NCBI GenBank assembly: GCA_024276575.1
Contig: JAJRWY010000312.1
Coordinates: 1,161 to 65,160, forward strand
Reading direction: 5' to 3'
Length of the DNA stretch: 64,000 nt
Source: Candidatus Binatota bacterium
GTDB taxonomy: Bacteria; Desulfobacterota; Binatia; UBA1149; CAITLU01
The translations under genes were made by a program, and so were the position numbers. The notes beneath the pieces were generated by a model. That model saw only the letters and a list, made by a program, of their open reading frames with translations. It was not told the origin of the DNA and did not search any database. This document shows, piece by piece, positions 47,079-56,838 of this stretch (position 1 is its first letter; every line of letters begins with the position of its first letter).

Positions 47079-47849
47079 TTGCCAAGGCCGGCTGTTGCGG
47101 GTTTGGAAGGAACTATGAGCATGGGAGCCGCTAGATTGCGAGAAACGGTTGTGAAAGAGGTTCCATCCTATATTTTCGCGAAGGAGCCGGTCGAGGGACG
47201 GGTCAAAACCCGCTTGTGTCCACCGCTAAGCCCACAGCAAGCCGCACGCTGCCACCTTGCCTTCGTCTCGGATATCGTTACGCGTACGGCGAAGCTCGAT
47301 GGTGCGGCCGTCCACCTTGCCTGTTCTCCCGATGGGGCAAGCCCGGTGTTGGCTCGGCTGGCCGGAGAGGCGGGCGTTGAACTGGTGGCCCAAGGCGAGG
47401 GTGATCTTGGTGAGCGCATGGGCCGGGCGCTGCAGCGGTCGGTGGGAGATTCCGGCGCTGGGTTGATCCTGGGCGCCGATGTGCCCGATCTTCCATTGGG
47501 TGTTCTGGAGCGCGCTCTGTGGCAGGTCAGCACAGGCGGTAGCGACGTAGTGTTGGGGCCGGCTGAAGACGGAGGATACTACTTGATCGGCGCCCGTTGC
47601 GAGGTGCCGGGGCTTTTCGATATCGAAGCTGAATGGGGTGGCAGCGGCGTTCTCGAGGCGACCGTGCGTAGGATCGAAAATGCGGGGGCTTCTTTTGCAT
47701 TGCTCCCGCGCTGGTGCGACGTAGACTCATACGGGGATCTAGTGCGCTTGGCCGGGCGTTTGCGTGGCACTGCGCCGGGTGCGCAAACGGACAGCCGGGC
47801 TACGCGCAAGCTGCTTGGGGAATTGGTTGCCGAAGGAGTCTCGCTCTGA
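47079..47849 (+). CDS. DUF2064 family protein (MobA-like nucleotidyltransferase fold)
   Basis: FAKEPVEGRVKTRLCPPL motif typical of DUF2064/TIGR04282. Confidence 0.6.
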   Translation: MPRPAVAGLEGTMSMGAARLRETVVKEVPSYIFAKEPVEGRVKTRLCPPLSPQQAARCHLAFVSDIVTRTAKLDGAAVHLACSPDGASPVLARLAGEAGVELVAQGEGDLGERMGRALQRSVGDSGAGLILGADVPDLPLGVLERALWQVSTGGSDVVLGPAEDGGYYLIGARCEVPGLFDIEAEWGGSGVLEATVRRIENAGASFALLPRWCDVDSYGDLVRLAGRLRGTAPGAQTDSRATRKLLGELVAEGVSL

Positions 47850-48904
47850 GGCGTATCGCAGTCTTTCGCTGGGACATCGACAAGACCTACCTCGATTCGG
47901 ACTTCGAGTCGTTGCGCGCACTGATGCGTGTGCCATTTGAAAAAGGCCGCGATAAAGTGGCGCTGCCGGGTGTGGTGGAACTGATAAAGGGATTGCGCAC
48001 GACTGCCTCGAAGCAGGGGCGCGACAGCCGTCTCTTCTTCATCACCGCGTCACCTCCGCAGATCGGGACAGCCATTCGCGACAAGCTCGAGCTTGATGGT
48101 ATCGACTACGATGGTATCGGCTTCAAAAACCAGTTCCGCCATTTGATGCGCGGAGACTTCGGAGCCTTACGCGAGCAACTTGGCTATAAGCTCAGTGAAC
48201 TGCTCGGCGGCCTCGCGCAGATCCCTCCGGGATCCCGGGAATACCTGTTCGGTGATGACTGGGAGTCGGATCCTTTCGTGTATTCGCTCTATGCCGACAT
48301 CGTGGACGGCCGCGTCGGCGCGGGCCGGGTCCTGAGTTTGCTCGAGAAAGCGGGTGTGGAGGATCTTTACGTATCCAAGGTCGAGAGGTTCCTGGCGCTT
48401 CGTGAGGATCGCGGACATCGCGTTGGCGGGATCTATATTTTGCGCCAGCGCATGCGCCGGGCCGAGGAACTCGAGTGTTTCGGCCGCCGCTTGTCTTGGT
48501 TCGATGACTATTTCGAAGCGGCGCTCTTGCTCCATTGTGAACGGCTGCTGTCGTCCGAGGCGGTTTGTGAGATTGCCGCCGCCACGCGGTTCGGGCCTGC
48601 GCACTTGAGCGCTTGCTTAGAGGGGGTGGCTTCGGGCGGAAATCGCCGCAGTTTCAAGGTACCGGCGTCGTTGCGACGACAGCTATTTGGCGCCGGCTTG
48701 CTGGAACCCAGCTCCGGGGCCGGGCCGGTCGCTGCCTTCTTCGCCCCGGCGCTGCAGTCATGTAGACGGGCGCTGAACGCCTTGCGAGCAGCCGGTGCAG
48801 TGCCCGCCTACGAGCGTTTGCTCCCGACTTGGTCGAAGCGTGCCAAACGTGGTGCCGAGTCGGAGCTGGGAGAGAAGCATGAAAGTCGAGAAGCCGCAGA
48901 ATGA
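47714..48904 (+). CDS. HAD-like hydrolase-fold hypothetical protein; start uncertain
   Basis: Motif I-like WDIDKTY (DxDxT) near the N-terminus. The only canonical in-frame start upstream of this motif is the GTG at 47714, which overlaps the previous gene by 136 nt. Confidence 0.4.
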   Translation: MRRRLIRGSSALGRAFAWHCAGCANGQPGYAQAAWGIGCRRSLALRRIAVFRWDIDKTYLDSDFESLRALMRVPFEKGRDKVALPGVVELIKGLRTTASKQGRDSRLFFITASPPQIGTAIRDKLELDGIDYDGIGFKNQFRHLMRGDFGALREQLGYKLSELLGGLAQIPPGSREYLFGDDWESDPFVYSLYADIVDGRVGAGRVLSLLEKAGVEDLYVSKVERFLALREDRGHRVGGIYILRQRMRRAEELECFGRRLSWFDDYFEAALLLHCERLLSSEAVCEIAAATRFGPAHLSACLEGVASGGNRRSFKVPASLRRQLFGAGLLEPSSGAGPVAAFFAPALQSCRRALNALRAAGAVPAYERLLPTWSKRAKRGAESELGEKHESREAAE

Positions 48905-49223
48905 TCCCGCGTTGTTGGTGCTGAGTACCACAGCCGACGAGGAGTCGGCACGGAAACTGTCGTCTGCGTTGGTCGAGGAAGGGCTGGCCGCATGCGTTAC
49001 CCGAGTTGCCGCAGCGTCCGTGTATCGTTGGGAAGGCAAGGTCGAGAGCGGGCCCGAATGTCTACTGCTCATAAAGACACTTGCGAGCAATTGGGAGCGG
49101 CTTGTCGAACGCCTAAAACAGTTGCACGCTTACGAAACCCCGGAGTTGATATCTTTCGAAGCGGCGAAAGTCGAGAGCGCTTATTTTTCTTGGCTGCTCA
49201 GTAGTTGCAGATCTTCTTCGTGA
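48879..49223 (+). CDS. cutA: Divalent-cation tolerance protein CutA
   Basis: CutA1 fold (LLVLSTTADEESARKLSSALVEEGLAACV...YRWEGKVE...YETPELI); 114 aa from MKVEK. Confidence 0.8.
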   Translation: MKVEKPQNDPALLVLSTTADEESARKLSSALVEEGLAACVTRVAAASVYRWEGKVESGPECLLLIKTLASNWERLVERLKQLHAYETPELISFEAAKVESAYFSWLLSSCRSSS

Positions 49224-50008
49224 TCTGCGGTGCCGGCGAGCGCCGATCCCGCGGGTTCTTGTCCCGGGATGAAGCTTTCGCGGACGATCAAAGTGTCGAA
49301 ACCGCGTGATTGTAATTGAGCAGACGCGGCGCGGGCTGCAGCCTTGTTTGCAAAAAGTCCCAAGCGCACCCGGTAGAAACGTGAGAGCAAGTCCGGGTCT
49401 TTTATGTAGAAAGCCGCATCGCCCGCGGTGTCCAGGCCGATTCCATCGATGAATGTTCGCGCGCGTCCGGGAAACTTGAAGGCGCCGATCTGCACCGAGA
49501 AAGCCTGCTCCGGCCAACTCGTAAGGCGTTCGTCGAGTACCTCGAGTTCGACTTCAGCGACTCCCTTTTCGAGTATCCCGAGCCGGATGGCGGCGGCACG
49601 CGAGATGTCAAGTATGCGTTCCCGTACGTAGGGCCCGCGGTCGTTCACGCGAACATCCACGCTGCGCCCGCTTGCTAGGTCCCGCACTCTTATCTTGGTG
49701 TCGAAGGGCAGTGTCCTGTGAGCTGCGGTCATAGCCTCGCGGTCGAAATATTCACCGTTGGCGGTCCGCCGCCCATGAAAGGCATCGCCGTACCAAGAGC
49801 ACAGCCCTTTCTGGGTGAGCGCGGGACGCGGCGGTGGGGGAGTTTGCTCGGCGGCGGCTTTCACGGGGAGGGTGGCTTGGGGAGCCGGCGTGGCCCGCAG
49901 CGGCTCTGCTGCCGGCGGTTTGCCCGCCGAGCAGGCGCTCAGGGTCAAAGCTGCCAGCGCTGCCGCGGTAGCGTTAGGAATGCGCTGCCATGATTCTACC
50001 GACAACAT
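49181..50008 (-). CDS. rlpA: Septal ring lytic transglycosylase RlpA family lipoprotein (DPBB plus SPOR domains)
   Basis: Lipoprotein signal LTLSACS, DPBB motif GLCSWYGDAFHGRRTANGEYF and a C-terminal SPOR-like FSVQIGAF...LQSRGFD region. The tool ORF adds a 51-aa leader. Confidence 0.8.
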   Translation of the reverse strand: MLSVESWQRIPNATAAALAALTLSACSAGKPPAAEPLRATPAPQATLPVKAAAEQTPPPPRPALTQKGLCSWYGDAFHGRRTANGEYFDREAMTAAHRTLPFDTKIRVRDLASGRSVDVRVNDRGPYVRERILDISRAAAIRLGILEKGVAEVELEVLDERLTSWPEQAFSVQIGAFKFPGRARTFIDGIGLDTAGDAAFYIKDPDLLSRFYRVRLGLFANKAAARAASAQLQSRGFDTLIVRESFIPGQEPAGSALAGTADHEEDLQLLSSQEK

Positions 50009-50182
50009 CGCGGTGCGAGTGTGGCTGAAATCTGCGAGATCACGCAAACGCACCCTGTGTAGCTTTCTTTCGCATAGGCACGCGATTGCCCGACCGCAGT
50101 GGCGGGCTAGCCCACGTTTACTAGCGGCGGCTGCTATGCTATCGATGCGAACAAGAGGCAAAAGGAGCAGGCGAGTAAGTAA

Positions 50183-50932
50183 ATGTCAGGTCACTCTAAG
50201 TGGAGTTCCATCAAGCACAAGAAGGCGGCCAACGATGCCAAGCGTGGCAAGCTGTTCACCAAGCTGATCAAGGAACTTACCATCGCGGCGCGATTGGGCG
50301 GTAGTGATGCCGACGCGAACCCCAGGCTGAGAACGGCGATCAATAACGCCCGTGCTCAGAGCATGCCCAACGACAACATCGAGCATGCGATCAAGAAGGG
50401 CGCCGGGGAACTCGAAGGCGCCGACTATGTGGAGGTTACCTACGAAGGTTACGGCGCCGGGGGGATGGCGGTGATGCTCGAGGCCTTGACCGACAACAAG
50501 AATCGCACAGTGGCCGACATCAGGCACCTTTTCAGCAAGCACGGCGGTAATCTAGGGGAGAATAATTGCGTGAGTTGGATGTTCGACCGGGTCGGCCAGA
50601 TTCGCGTTGCTGCCGAGGGAGTGGAGGAAGAGGATGTCTTTGAGATGGCGGTGGAAGCCGGGGCCGACGATGTAGCCGGCGAAGACGATTCCTTCGTGGT
50701 GACTACCGCCGTGGACCAACTTGAAAACGTGCGCTCGGCTCTAGAAGCGGGCGGACTTCGAATCGAGGCCGCCGAGATCGCGTTGGTTCCGCAAAACTTC
50801 GTCAAGCTGTCGGGGGGGGATGCAGCGAGAGCGCTGAAGCTCATCGACGCCCTGGAAGACAACGACGACGTCCAAAGAGTCTCGGCCAATTTCGAAATCG
50901 ACGACGAGGAACTCAAACGGCTTTCCGCTTGA
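50183..50932 (+). CDS. yebC: YebC/PmpR family DNA-binding transcriptional regulator
   Basis: MSGHSKWSSIKHKKAANDAKRGKLFTKL. Confidence 0.92.
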   Translation: MSGHSKWSSIKHKKAANDAKRGKLFTKLIKELTIAARLGGSDADANPRLRTAINNARAQSMPNDNIEHAIKKGAGELEGADYVEVTYEGYGAGGMAVMLEALTDNKNRTVADIRHLFSKHGGNLGENNCVSWMFDRVGQIRVAAEGVEEEDVFEMAVEAGADDVAGEDDSFVVTTAVDQLENVRSALEAGGLRIEAAEIALVPQNFVKLSGGDAARALKLIDALEDNDDVQRVSANFEIDDEELKRLSA

Positions 50933-51080
50933 GCCAGGAATCCTTTGACCAGATTGTCTCAGGCGCCTGCTTGGGGCCGGAGCCGGGCGCGAATCGTTTC
51001 GGTGGGCCGGCCGCTTGTTGGGCGGCCTTCTCGTTTGCGCGGAGTCGGCACGCTGCCGGCCCTCGTTGCCGGATTTCGCC

Positions 51081-51626
51081 ATGCGCATAATGGGCATTGA
51101 TCCGGGTACCATTATTACCGGCTGGGGAGTAGTCGAGGCCCAAGGCTCGCGTCTGACCTGCGTGTCTTCGGGCGTGCTGCGCGCCGGCCATGGTGAGATC
51201 GGTGACCGCCTAGCGCAAATCTATGCAGGGCTGGCTACTTTGATCGCCGAGTACCGGCCCGATGGTGTCGCTTTGGAACGGAACTTTCTGGCCAGGAACG
51301 TGCAGTCTGCTTTTCGTTTGGGTGAGGCCAGGGGGGTGGCGATGGCGGCGGTAGCCGCTGCGGGTTTGCCGCTGAACGAGTATGCCCCGATGAGTGTCAA
51401 GAAAACCGTAGTCGGCTATGGGCGTGCCGACAAATCTCAAGTGCAGGCCGGCGTGGCGAGATTGCTGGCACTCGACAGCTTGCCGCTCGAAGATGAGGCC
51501 GATGCGCTCGGCGTAGCACTTTGTTACGTTCTTAGCGGTGGTTTCGAGAGCAAGGTGCAGCAGGCGCTGGCTGCCGCGCCGGCGCCGCGGCGAAGACCCG
51601 TACGACGTAGACGGGGCGGGGGTTGA
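51081..51626 (+). CDS. ruvC: Crossover junction endodeoxyribonuclease RuvC
   Basis: MRIMGIDPGTIITGWGVV; acidic catalytic residues. Confidence 0.9.
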   Translation: MRIMGIDPGTIITGWGVVEAQGSRLTCVSSGVLRAGHGEIGDRLAQIYAGLATLIAEYRPDGVALERNFLARNVQSAFRLGEARGVAMAAVAAAGLPLNEYAPMSVKKTVVGYGRADKSQVQAGVARLLALDSLPLEDEADALGVALCYVLSGGFESKVQQALAAAPAPRRRPVRRRRGGG

Positions 51627-51632
51627 TTCAAG

Positions 51633-52208
51633 ATGATCGCGCGTCTCCGTGGAGAACTGGAGGAGAAGTGCCCTAACGAGGTGCTCATCGACGTTGCCGG
51701 CGTTGGTTATGGTGCTGCGATCTCCCTGAATACTTTCAACAAGCTTCCCGAGTGCGGAGAGGAAGTCTCTTTGTACGTGGTGACGAACTTGCGCGAAAAC
51801 GCGCTGGAATTGTTTGCTTTTGCCGATGGTGCAGAGCGGAGCCTATTTAATGTGTTACGTACAGTATCCGGGATAGGACCTCGATTGGCAATGGCTATTC
51901 TGTCCGGCATCGACAGTGATGAGTTTCCGCGGGTGGTCGCCGAGCGCGACCTTGCGCGCCTGGTGTCAATCTCTGGAGTCGGCCGCAAGACCGCCGAACG
52001 CATCCTCGTAGAGCTTACCGACAAGATGCCGGAGCCGGGTCCGGTCAAAAGCGAGAGCGGCCCGTCGGCCGATGCCGTCGCGGCGCTGTGCTCCTTGGGC
52101 TACAAGAGAGGGGAAGCGCTCAGAGCGGTAAGCGCGGTTCGCGCCGACGGTGGCGACGGCGGCGGGGTCGAGGAGTTGATACGCGGCGCCTTGGCTAGAC
52201 TGTCGTGA
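51633..52208 (+). CDS. ruvA: Holliday junction branch-migration protein RuvA
   Basis: MIARLRGEL...IDVAGVGY and helix-hairpin-helix motifs (ISGVGRKTAERIL). Confidence 0.92.
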   Translation: MIARLRGELEEKCPNEVLIDVAGVGYGAAISLNTFNKLPECGEEVSLYVVTNLRENALELFAFADGAERSLFNVLRTVSGIGPRLAMAILSGIDSDEFPRVVAERDLARLVSISGVGRKTAERILVELTDKMPEPGPVKSESGPSADAVAALCSLGYKRGEALRAVSAVRADGGDGGGVEELIRGALARLS

Positions 52209-52231
52209 GCACACTGCGTGGTTGTTGAAAG

Positions 52232-53266
52232 ATGCGAAGCAACGAGAATAGAGATGCTCTGAGCGAAGCTTCCGAAACGGATCCGGATTTTTCGCAAGAA
52301 CCGAGCCTTCGGCCGCAAACACTCGACAGTTACATCGGGCAGCGCCGCATCTGCGAGAATCTCGATATCGCGATACGGGCAGCTTCGCGGCGCAACGAGC
52401 CTCTCGACCACCTACTGCTCATCGGGCCGCCTGGTCTCGGCAAGACTTCGCTTGCCCACATCGTCGCGCGTGAGATGGGCGGCCGTGTGCATCAGAGTAG
52501 TGGCCCGGTAATCGAGAAAGCCGGTGATCTGGCGGCCATACTGACCTCGCTGGAGCGCGGCGATGTATTGTTCATCGACGAAATCCACCGCCTTGGTAAA
52601 GCCATAGAAGAGATACTTTACCCGGCGATGGAGGATTTTCGCATCGATTTGGTGATCGGAGAGGGGCCTTCGGCACGCTCGGTGTCCTTGAACTTGGCTA
52701 GGTTCACGCTGGCCGGTGCCACCACGCGCTCCGGTTTGCTCAGTGCTCCCTTGCGCTCGCGCTTCGGCAATACCTTCCGGCTCGATTTCTATGATGAGAA
52801 GGAACTCGCGGCTATCATCACACGCTCGGCGGCTTTGATGGAGGTAGAGATCGAGCAGGACGCCGCCCGCGAAGTGGCCTCGCGTTCGCGCGGCACGCCA
52901 CGCATCGCCAATCGCCTGTTGCGGCGCTTGCGCGACTTTGCGGAAGTTCGCGCCGCCGGGCGTATCGACCTCGAGGTAGCCCGGCAAGCGTTGGAAACCT
53001 TGGGGGTCGACGAAGCGGGCTTCGATACCATGGACCGTCGTTTGCTGTCGGTCATTGCAGAGAATTTCGAGGGTGGCCCGGTCGGGCTCGACACGCTTGC
53101 CGCTGCCGTAGGTGAAGATGCCAGCACCATCGAGGAAGTATACGAGCCCTATCTCATTCGCTGCGGGTATTTGCAGAAGACGCCGCGTGGCAGGGTCGCC
53201 ACGGCGCGCGCTTATGACCATCTGAAGCTCAACTCTCCCGTGCCACAGGAGAGTCTGTTCGAATAG
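52232..53266 (+). CDS. ruvB: Holliday junction branch-migration ATPase RuvB
   Basis: Walker [18 protein letters not shown], sensor motifs. Confidence 0.95.
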   Translation: MRSNENRDALSEASETDPDFSQEPSLRPQTLDSYIGQRRICENLDIAIRAASRRNEPLDHLLLIGPPGLGKTSLAHIVAREMGGRVHQSSGPVIEKAGDLAAILTSLERGDVLFIDEIHRLGKAIEEILYPAMEDFRIDLVIGEGPSARSVSLNLARFTLAGATTRSGLLSAPLRSRFGNTFRLDFYDEKELAAIITRSAALMEVEIEQDAAREVASRSRGTPRIANRLLRRLRDFAEVRAAGRIDLEVARQALETLGVDEAGFDTMDRRLLSVIAENFEGGPVGLDTLAAAVGEDASTIEEVYEPYLIRCGYLQKTPRGRVATARAYDHLKLNSPVPQESLFE

Positions 53267-53278
53267 CATGCGCGGCGG

Positions 53279-55516
53279 TTGTTTATGAGCGGCGCACCTA
53301 GGCCGGACATCTCCATTTCGCGCGAGGAAAGGGCGCGCCGACGCCGTGAGGTTGCGGTGATTCTCGCGGCCGGTCTTGCGGTGGTGTTCTTTGCCGTGTG
53401 GGAAATCGGCCGGCCGGCTGGGCGTGGAGCCACCGGTAACGTTGTCTCCTTCCTACTGGTAAACCTCAACATAGTTCTGCTTCTAGTCGTGGCGTTCCTG
53501 GTTTTGCGAAACATCGTGAAGCTGGTGATTGACCGGCGCCGGCGTGTCCCGGGTAGCCATCTTCGCGGGCGGCTGGTCTTTGCTTTCGTTACCATTGCGC
53601 TATTCCCGGCGGGTTTGATGCTCGTCATTTCGTATCAATTCGTGACCAGCAACATCGATGATTGGCTCGACAGCGAGGTCGAGCAGTCGCTCGAAGGTGC
53701 CTGGGAACTGGCCCATACCTACTATCGGGATTCTGCGGATGCGGCGCTTGCGCATGCGCGGGCCCTGGCTGCGGAGGCTGTGGAGAAGCGGCTGCTGCAG
53801 CCGTCTTCACGGACGAAATTGCGAGAGTTGGTTCTCGAACACCAGCGCGCTTACAAGCTGGGAACCATCCAGATAGTCAACTCCTCAGGCGAACAGGTAC
53901 TGGCTTTGTTCAACGAATCCACTCCTACCGGGATGCCGCTATATCCGGACGCTGAATTGATGTCAGAGAACCTCGAAGGGCGTGAGGCTACCAAAGTAGA
54001 GGCTTACGGCGAAAGTGACGTGATCAGCGGTGCGGTGCCGATACTCGACAGTAAAGGAAAAGTGCTGGGTGCGGTGGTGGTTGATTATTTCGTTGAGCGC
54101 AGTATCCGGCGCTGGAGTGAAGACATACTGAAATCCTTCAGCGAGTTCCGCCAGCTAAAGCTCAGCAAACAGCCTTTCAAGAATCTCTACGCGATTACTC
54201 TTGCTCTGGCCGCGGTCGCGGTAGTGTTCTCGGCTACATGGCTGGGTATTTATATGGCCCGGGGGGTTACCGACCCCATTGGGCGGTTGGCGGAAGCTAC
54301 TGAACGGGTTGCCGGCGGTGACTGGGAGGTTCGGCTCGAAGAAGCAGGCGGTGACGAAGTCGGCATGCTGGTCAGTGCTTTCAACACCATGACTTCACAG
54401 CTCAAGGCAACCCACGATGATCTCGATGAGAGGCGCCGTTACATCGAGAATGTGCTCGGACATATCGAAGCGGGTGTCGTGTCCATCGATGAAGAGGGGC
54501 GCATCGGTACCGTGAACTCAGCCGCAGTGTCGTTGTTGGGCCTCGACGCTGAAGGGCTTGCGGGGCTAGCTGCGGTAGAGACGTTTCAGGAGGCCGGTTA
54601 CTCGGAAATGGCGTCGCTGTTGAAAGATTTGAGTGCCGGAGTCGTAGCTTCCGGCACCCGTATCAACGTCAAGCGGGAACAGGAAGGGCGGACGCTACTG
54701 GTTACTGCGACTGAGTTGAAGCGCGTGAGTGGTGAGCGGGCGGGCTTCGTTCTTTTTGTCGAAAACGTATCACAGATAGTCGAAGTTCAGAGGATGGAGG
54801 CCTGGCGCGAGGTTGCTAGGCGTATCGCCCATGAGATCAAGAATCCACTGACTCCCATCCAACTGTCGGCGCAAAGGCTGGGCAGGCGCTTGCGTTCACG
54901 GCTCGGCGGGGAAGACGCCGAGCTACTGGAGCGCAGCGTGGAAACGATCGTCTCTCAAGTAGACACATTGAAGCAGTTGGTCAACGAGTTCTCGCGCTTT
55001 GCGCAAAAGTCGGAAGGAGACAAGCGCCTACACGATTTGAACCAGTTGGTCGAGGAGACGATCCCTTTGTACAGCGAGTCGCGCCCTGACATCAAAGTGG
55101 AATTCTCCCGTGCCGAAGAGCTTCCGGCACTGATGTTGGACCGGCAGTCGGTAAAGCGCGTTCTGATCAATCTGCTCGATAATGCGGTGGCGGCTCTTTC
55201 GGCGGACGAGGCCGTGCGTGAAAGCGGCGTCGAGCCGCAAATAGAACTTCGGACCTCTTTTGATGAAAGAACCTCGCGCGTGGTTCTCGAAGTCGCGGAC
55301 AACGGCCCAGGAATCGCTGCCAAGGACAAACCGCGGGTATTCGAGCCGTACTTCTCGACCAAGGACGATGGGACCGGCCTCGGCCTGGCTATTGTTGCTT
55401 CGGTGGCTGCCGACCACCAAGCCTTCGTTCGAGTCAGGGACAACCATCCGCGAGGCAGCCGTTTCGTGATAGAATTTCCCATCGTGCCCAAGGAGAGAGA
55501 GGTCCGAGATGCCTGA
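53279..55516 (+). CDS. NtrY-like sensor histidine kinase (2 TM, HAMP, PAS, HisKA, HATPase)
   Basis: Two N-terminal TM helices, HAMP and PAS regions, H-box HEIKNPLTPIQLSAQRL, N-box LLDNAVAAL, G1 DNGPGI and G2 GTGLGLAIV. Confidence 0.85.
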   Translation: MFMSGAPRPDISISREERARRRREVAVILAAGLAVVFFAVWEIGRPAGRGATGNVVSFLLVNLNIVLLLVVAFLVLRNIVKLVIDRRRRVPGSHLRGRLVFAFVTIALFPAGLMLVISYQFVTSNIDDWLDSEVEQSLEGAWELAHTYYRDSADAALAHARALAAEAVEKRLLQPSSRTKLRELVLEHQRAYKLGTIQIVNSSGEQVLALFNESTPTGMPLYPDAELMSENLEGREATKVEAYGESDVISGAVPILDSKGKVLGAVVVDYFVERSIRRWSEDILKSFSEFRQLKLSKQPFKNLYAITLALAAVAVVFSATWLGIYMARGVTDPIGRLAEATERVAGGDWEVRLEEAGGDEVGMLVSAFNTMTSQLKATHDDLDERRRYIENVLGHIEAGVVSIDEEGRIGTVNSAAVSLLGLDAEGLAGLAAVETFQEAGYSEMASLLKDLSAGVVASGTRINVKREQEGRTLLVTATELKRVSGERAGFVLFVENVSQIVEVQRMEAWREVARRIAHEIKNPLTPIQLSAQRLGRRLRSRLGGEDAELLERSVETIVSQVDTLKQLVNEFSRFAQKSEGDKRLHDLNQLVEETIPLYSESRPDIKVEFSRAEELPALMLDRQSVKRVLINLLDNAVAALSADEAVRESGVEPQIELRTSFDERTSRVVLEVADNGPGIAAKDKPRVFEPYFSTKDDGTGLGLAIVASVAADHQAFVRVRDNHPRGSRFVIEFPIVPKEREVRDA

Positions 55517-56780
55517 GACGATTTTGCTTGTAGATGACGATGCCAAGGTTCGCGAATCGATACGTGGCGTTCTCGGAGATGAAGGCTATGAGGTCGTAAC
55601 TGCATCCAACGGCGTTCAGGCCATGGATGCGGTTGCGGTGCATAACCCCGATCTCATCTTGCTTGATTTGTGGATGCCGGAGATGGATGGCATCGAGTTC
55701 TTACAGCAGGCTGGGTCCGGGGACTCGGCGATTCCGGTGATCGTGATCTCGGGCCACGGCAACGTGGAAACGGCGGTCCGCGCGACCAAGCTTGGAGCCG
55801 TGGATTTCGTCGAGAAGCCGTTTTCCATCGACGGGCTTCTAGCGGCGGTAAACGGAGCCTTGAATCGTTTCTCCCCCGACGAAGGTGCCGCTAGCGTCGT
55901 GGCCGGGCAATTGCCTTCGGCCGGTGGCGCGACGGCTGGTGTCAGCCAGCGCACGTTGGCGCAAAGCGTGGTCGGTGGCGGACTCGGCTTACATAGCGGG
56001 GTGAGGACCGGATTGATCTTGCAGCCGATGCCGCCGGGGAGCGGGATAAGTTTTGCGAGTATAGCGGGCGAGGGCAAAGTGCTCGCACATGTGGACAACG
56101 TGGATTCCACCGGCTACGCGACCACACTGTTCGACAAGGGGACGGTTGCGCGAACGGTAGAACATCTCATGGCGACCCTGCACGCTTATGGGATCACCAA
56201 TCTGCTGGTGAAGATAGAAGGCGAAGTGCCGATTCTAGACGGCTCAGCGGCCGAACTCTGCCAGTTGATAGACTCGGTTGGTGTAGAAGACCAGCCCTCG
56301 GCCATCGCTCCCATAGTGATCGAGGAGGAAGTGCGCATAGACGCCGGTCCGGACGAATTCATCGTGATTCGTCCTCATGACGGTTTCGAAGTAACCTACG
56401 AACTTTCTTATCCGCCGCCGGTGGGGGAACAGAGTTACACATTTTGCTTCGAAGGAGCCGGGTCGTTTCGTTCGCAGATCGCTCCGGCGCGTACCTTCGG
56501 CTTTGTCGAGGAGATCCGCGCGTTGGAAGGAGCGGGGCTAGGCCAGGGAGGACAGCTGAGCAACTTTATACTGATCGGCGAGGGCAGGATCGTCAACACC
56601 GAATTACGCTTCCCCGAGGAACTCGCGCGCCACAAGATCCTTGATATCATGGGAGATTTCTATCTCCTCGGGGCACCGATACGAGGCTCGCTGCACGCGC
56701 GAAAAACCGGGCATTCGCAGAACATCGCGTTGATGCGATTGCTAAGCGAGGGCAGAGGGAGAAGCGCGTCGAGTCGTTGA
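55509..56780 (+). CDS. lpxC: Response-regulator receiver domain fused to UDP-3-O-acyl-N-acetylglucosamine deacetylase
   Basis: Receiver residues 1-120 carry all phospho-acceptor positions (LLVDDD, LLDLWMP, VISGHG, FVEKP). Residues ~135-423 are a complete LpxC with RTL...GLGLHSG, EHLMATLHAYGI, HKILDIMGDFYLLG and KTGHSQN zinc and catalytic motifs. It is a single uninterrupted ORF that overlaps the kinase stop by 8 nt. Confidence 0.8.
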   Translation: MPETILLVDDDAKVRESIRGVLGDEGYEVVTASNGVQAMDAVAVHNPDLILLDLWMPEMDGIEFLQQAGSGDSAIPVIVISGHGNVETAVRATKLGAVDFVEKPFSIDGLLAAVNGALNRFSPDEGAASVVAGQLPSAGGATAGVSQRTLAQSVVGGGLGLHSGVRTGLILQPMPPGSGISFASIAGEGKVLAHVDNVDSTGYATTLFDKGTVARTVEHLMATLHAYGITNLLVKIEGEVPILDGSAAELCQLIDSVGVEDQPSAIAPIVIEEEVRIDAGPDEFIVIRPHDGFEVTYELSYPPPVGEQSYTFCFEGAGSFRSQIAPARTFGFVEEIRALEGAGLGQGGQLSNFILIGEGRIVNTELRFPEELARHKILDIMGDFYLLGAPIRGSLHARKTGHSQNIALMRLLSEGRGRSASSR

Positions 56781-56838
56781 GTCTCGCCGGCGAGACTCAA
56801 CGTAGCCGCCCGTCGTGCGGCAAGCCTTAGCTGCATGT

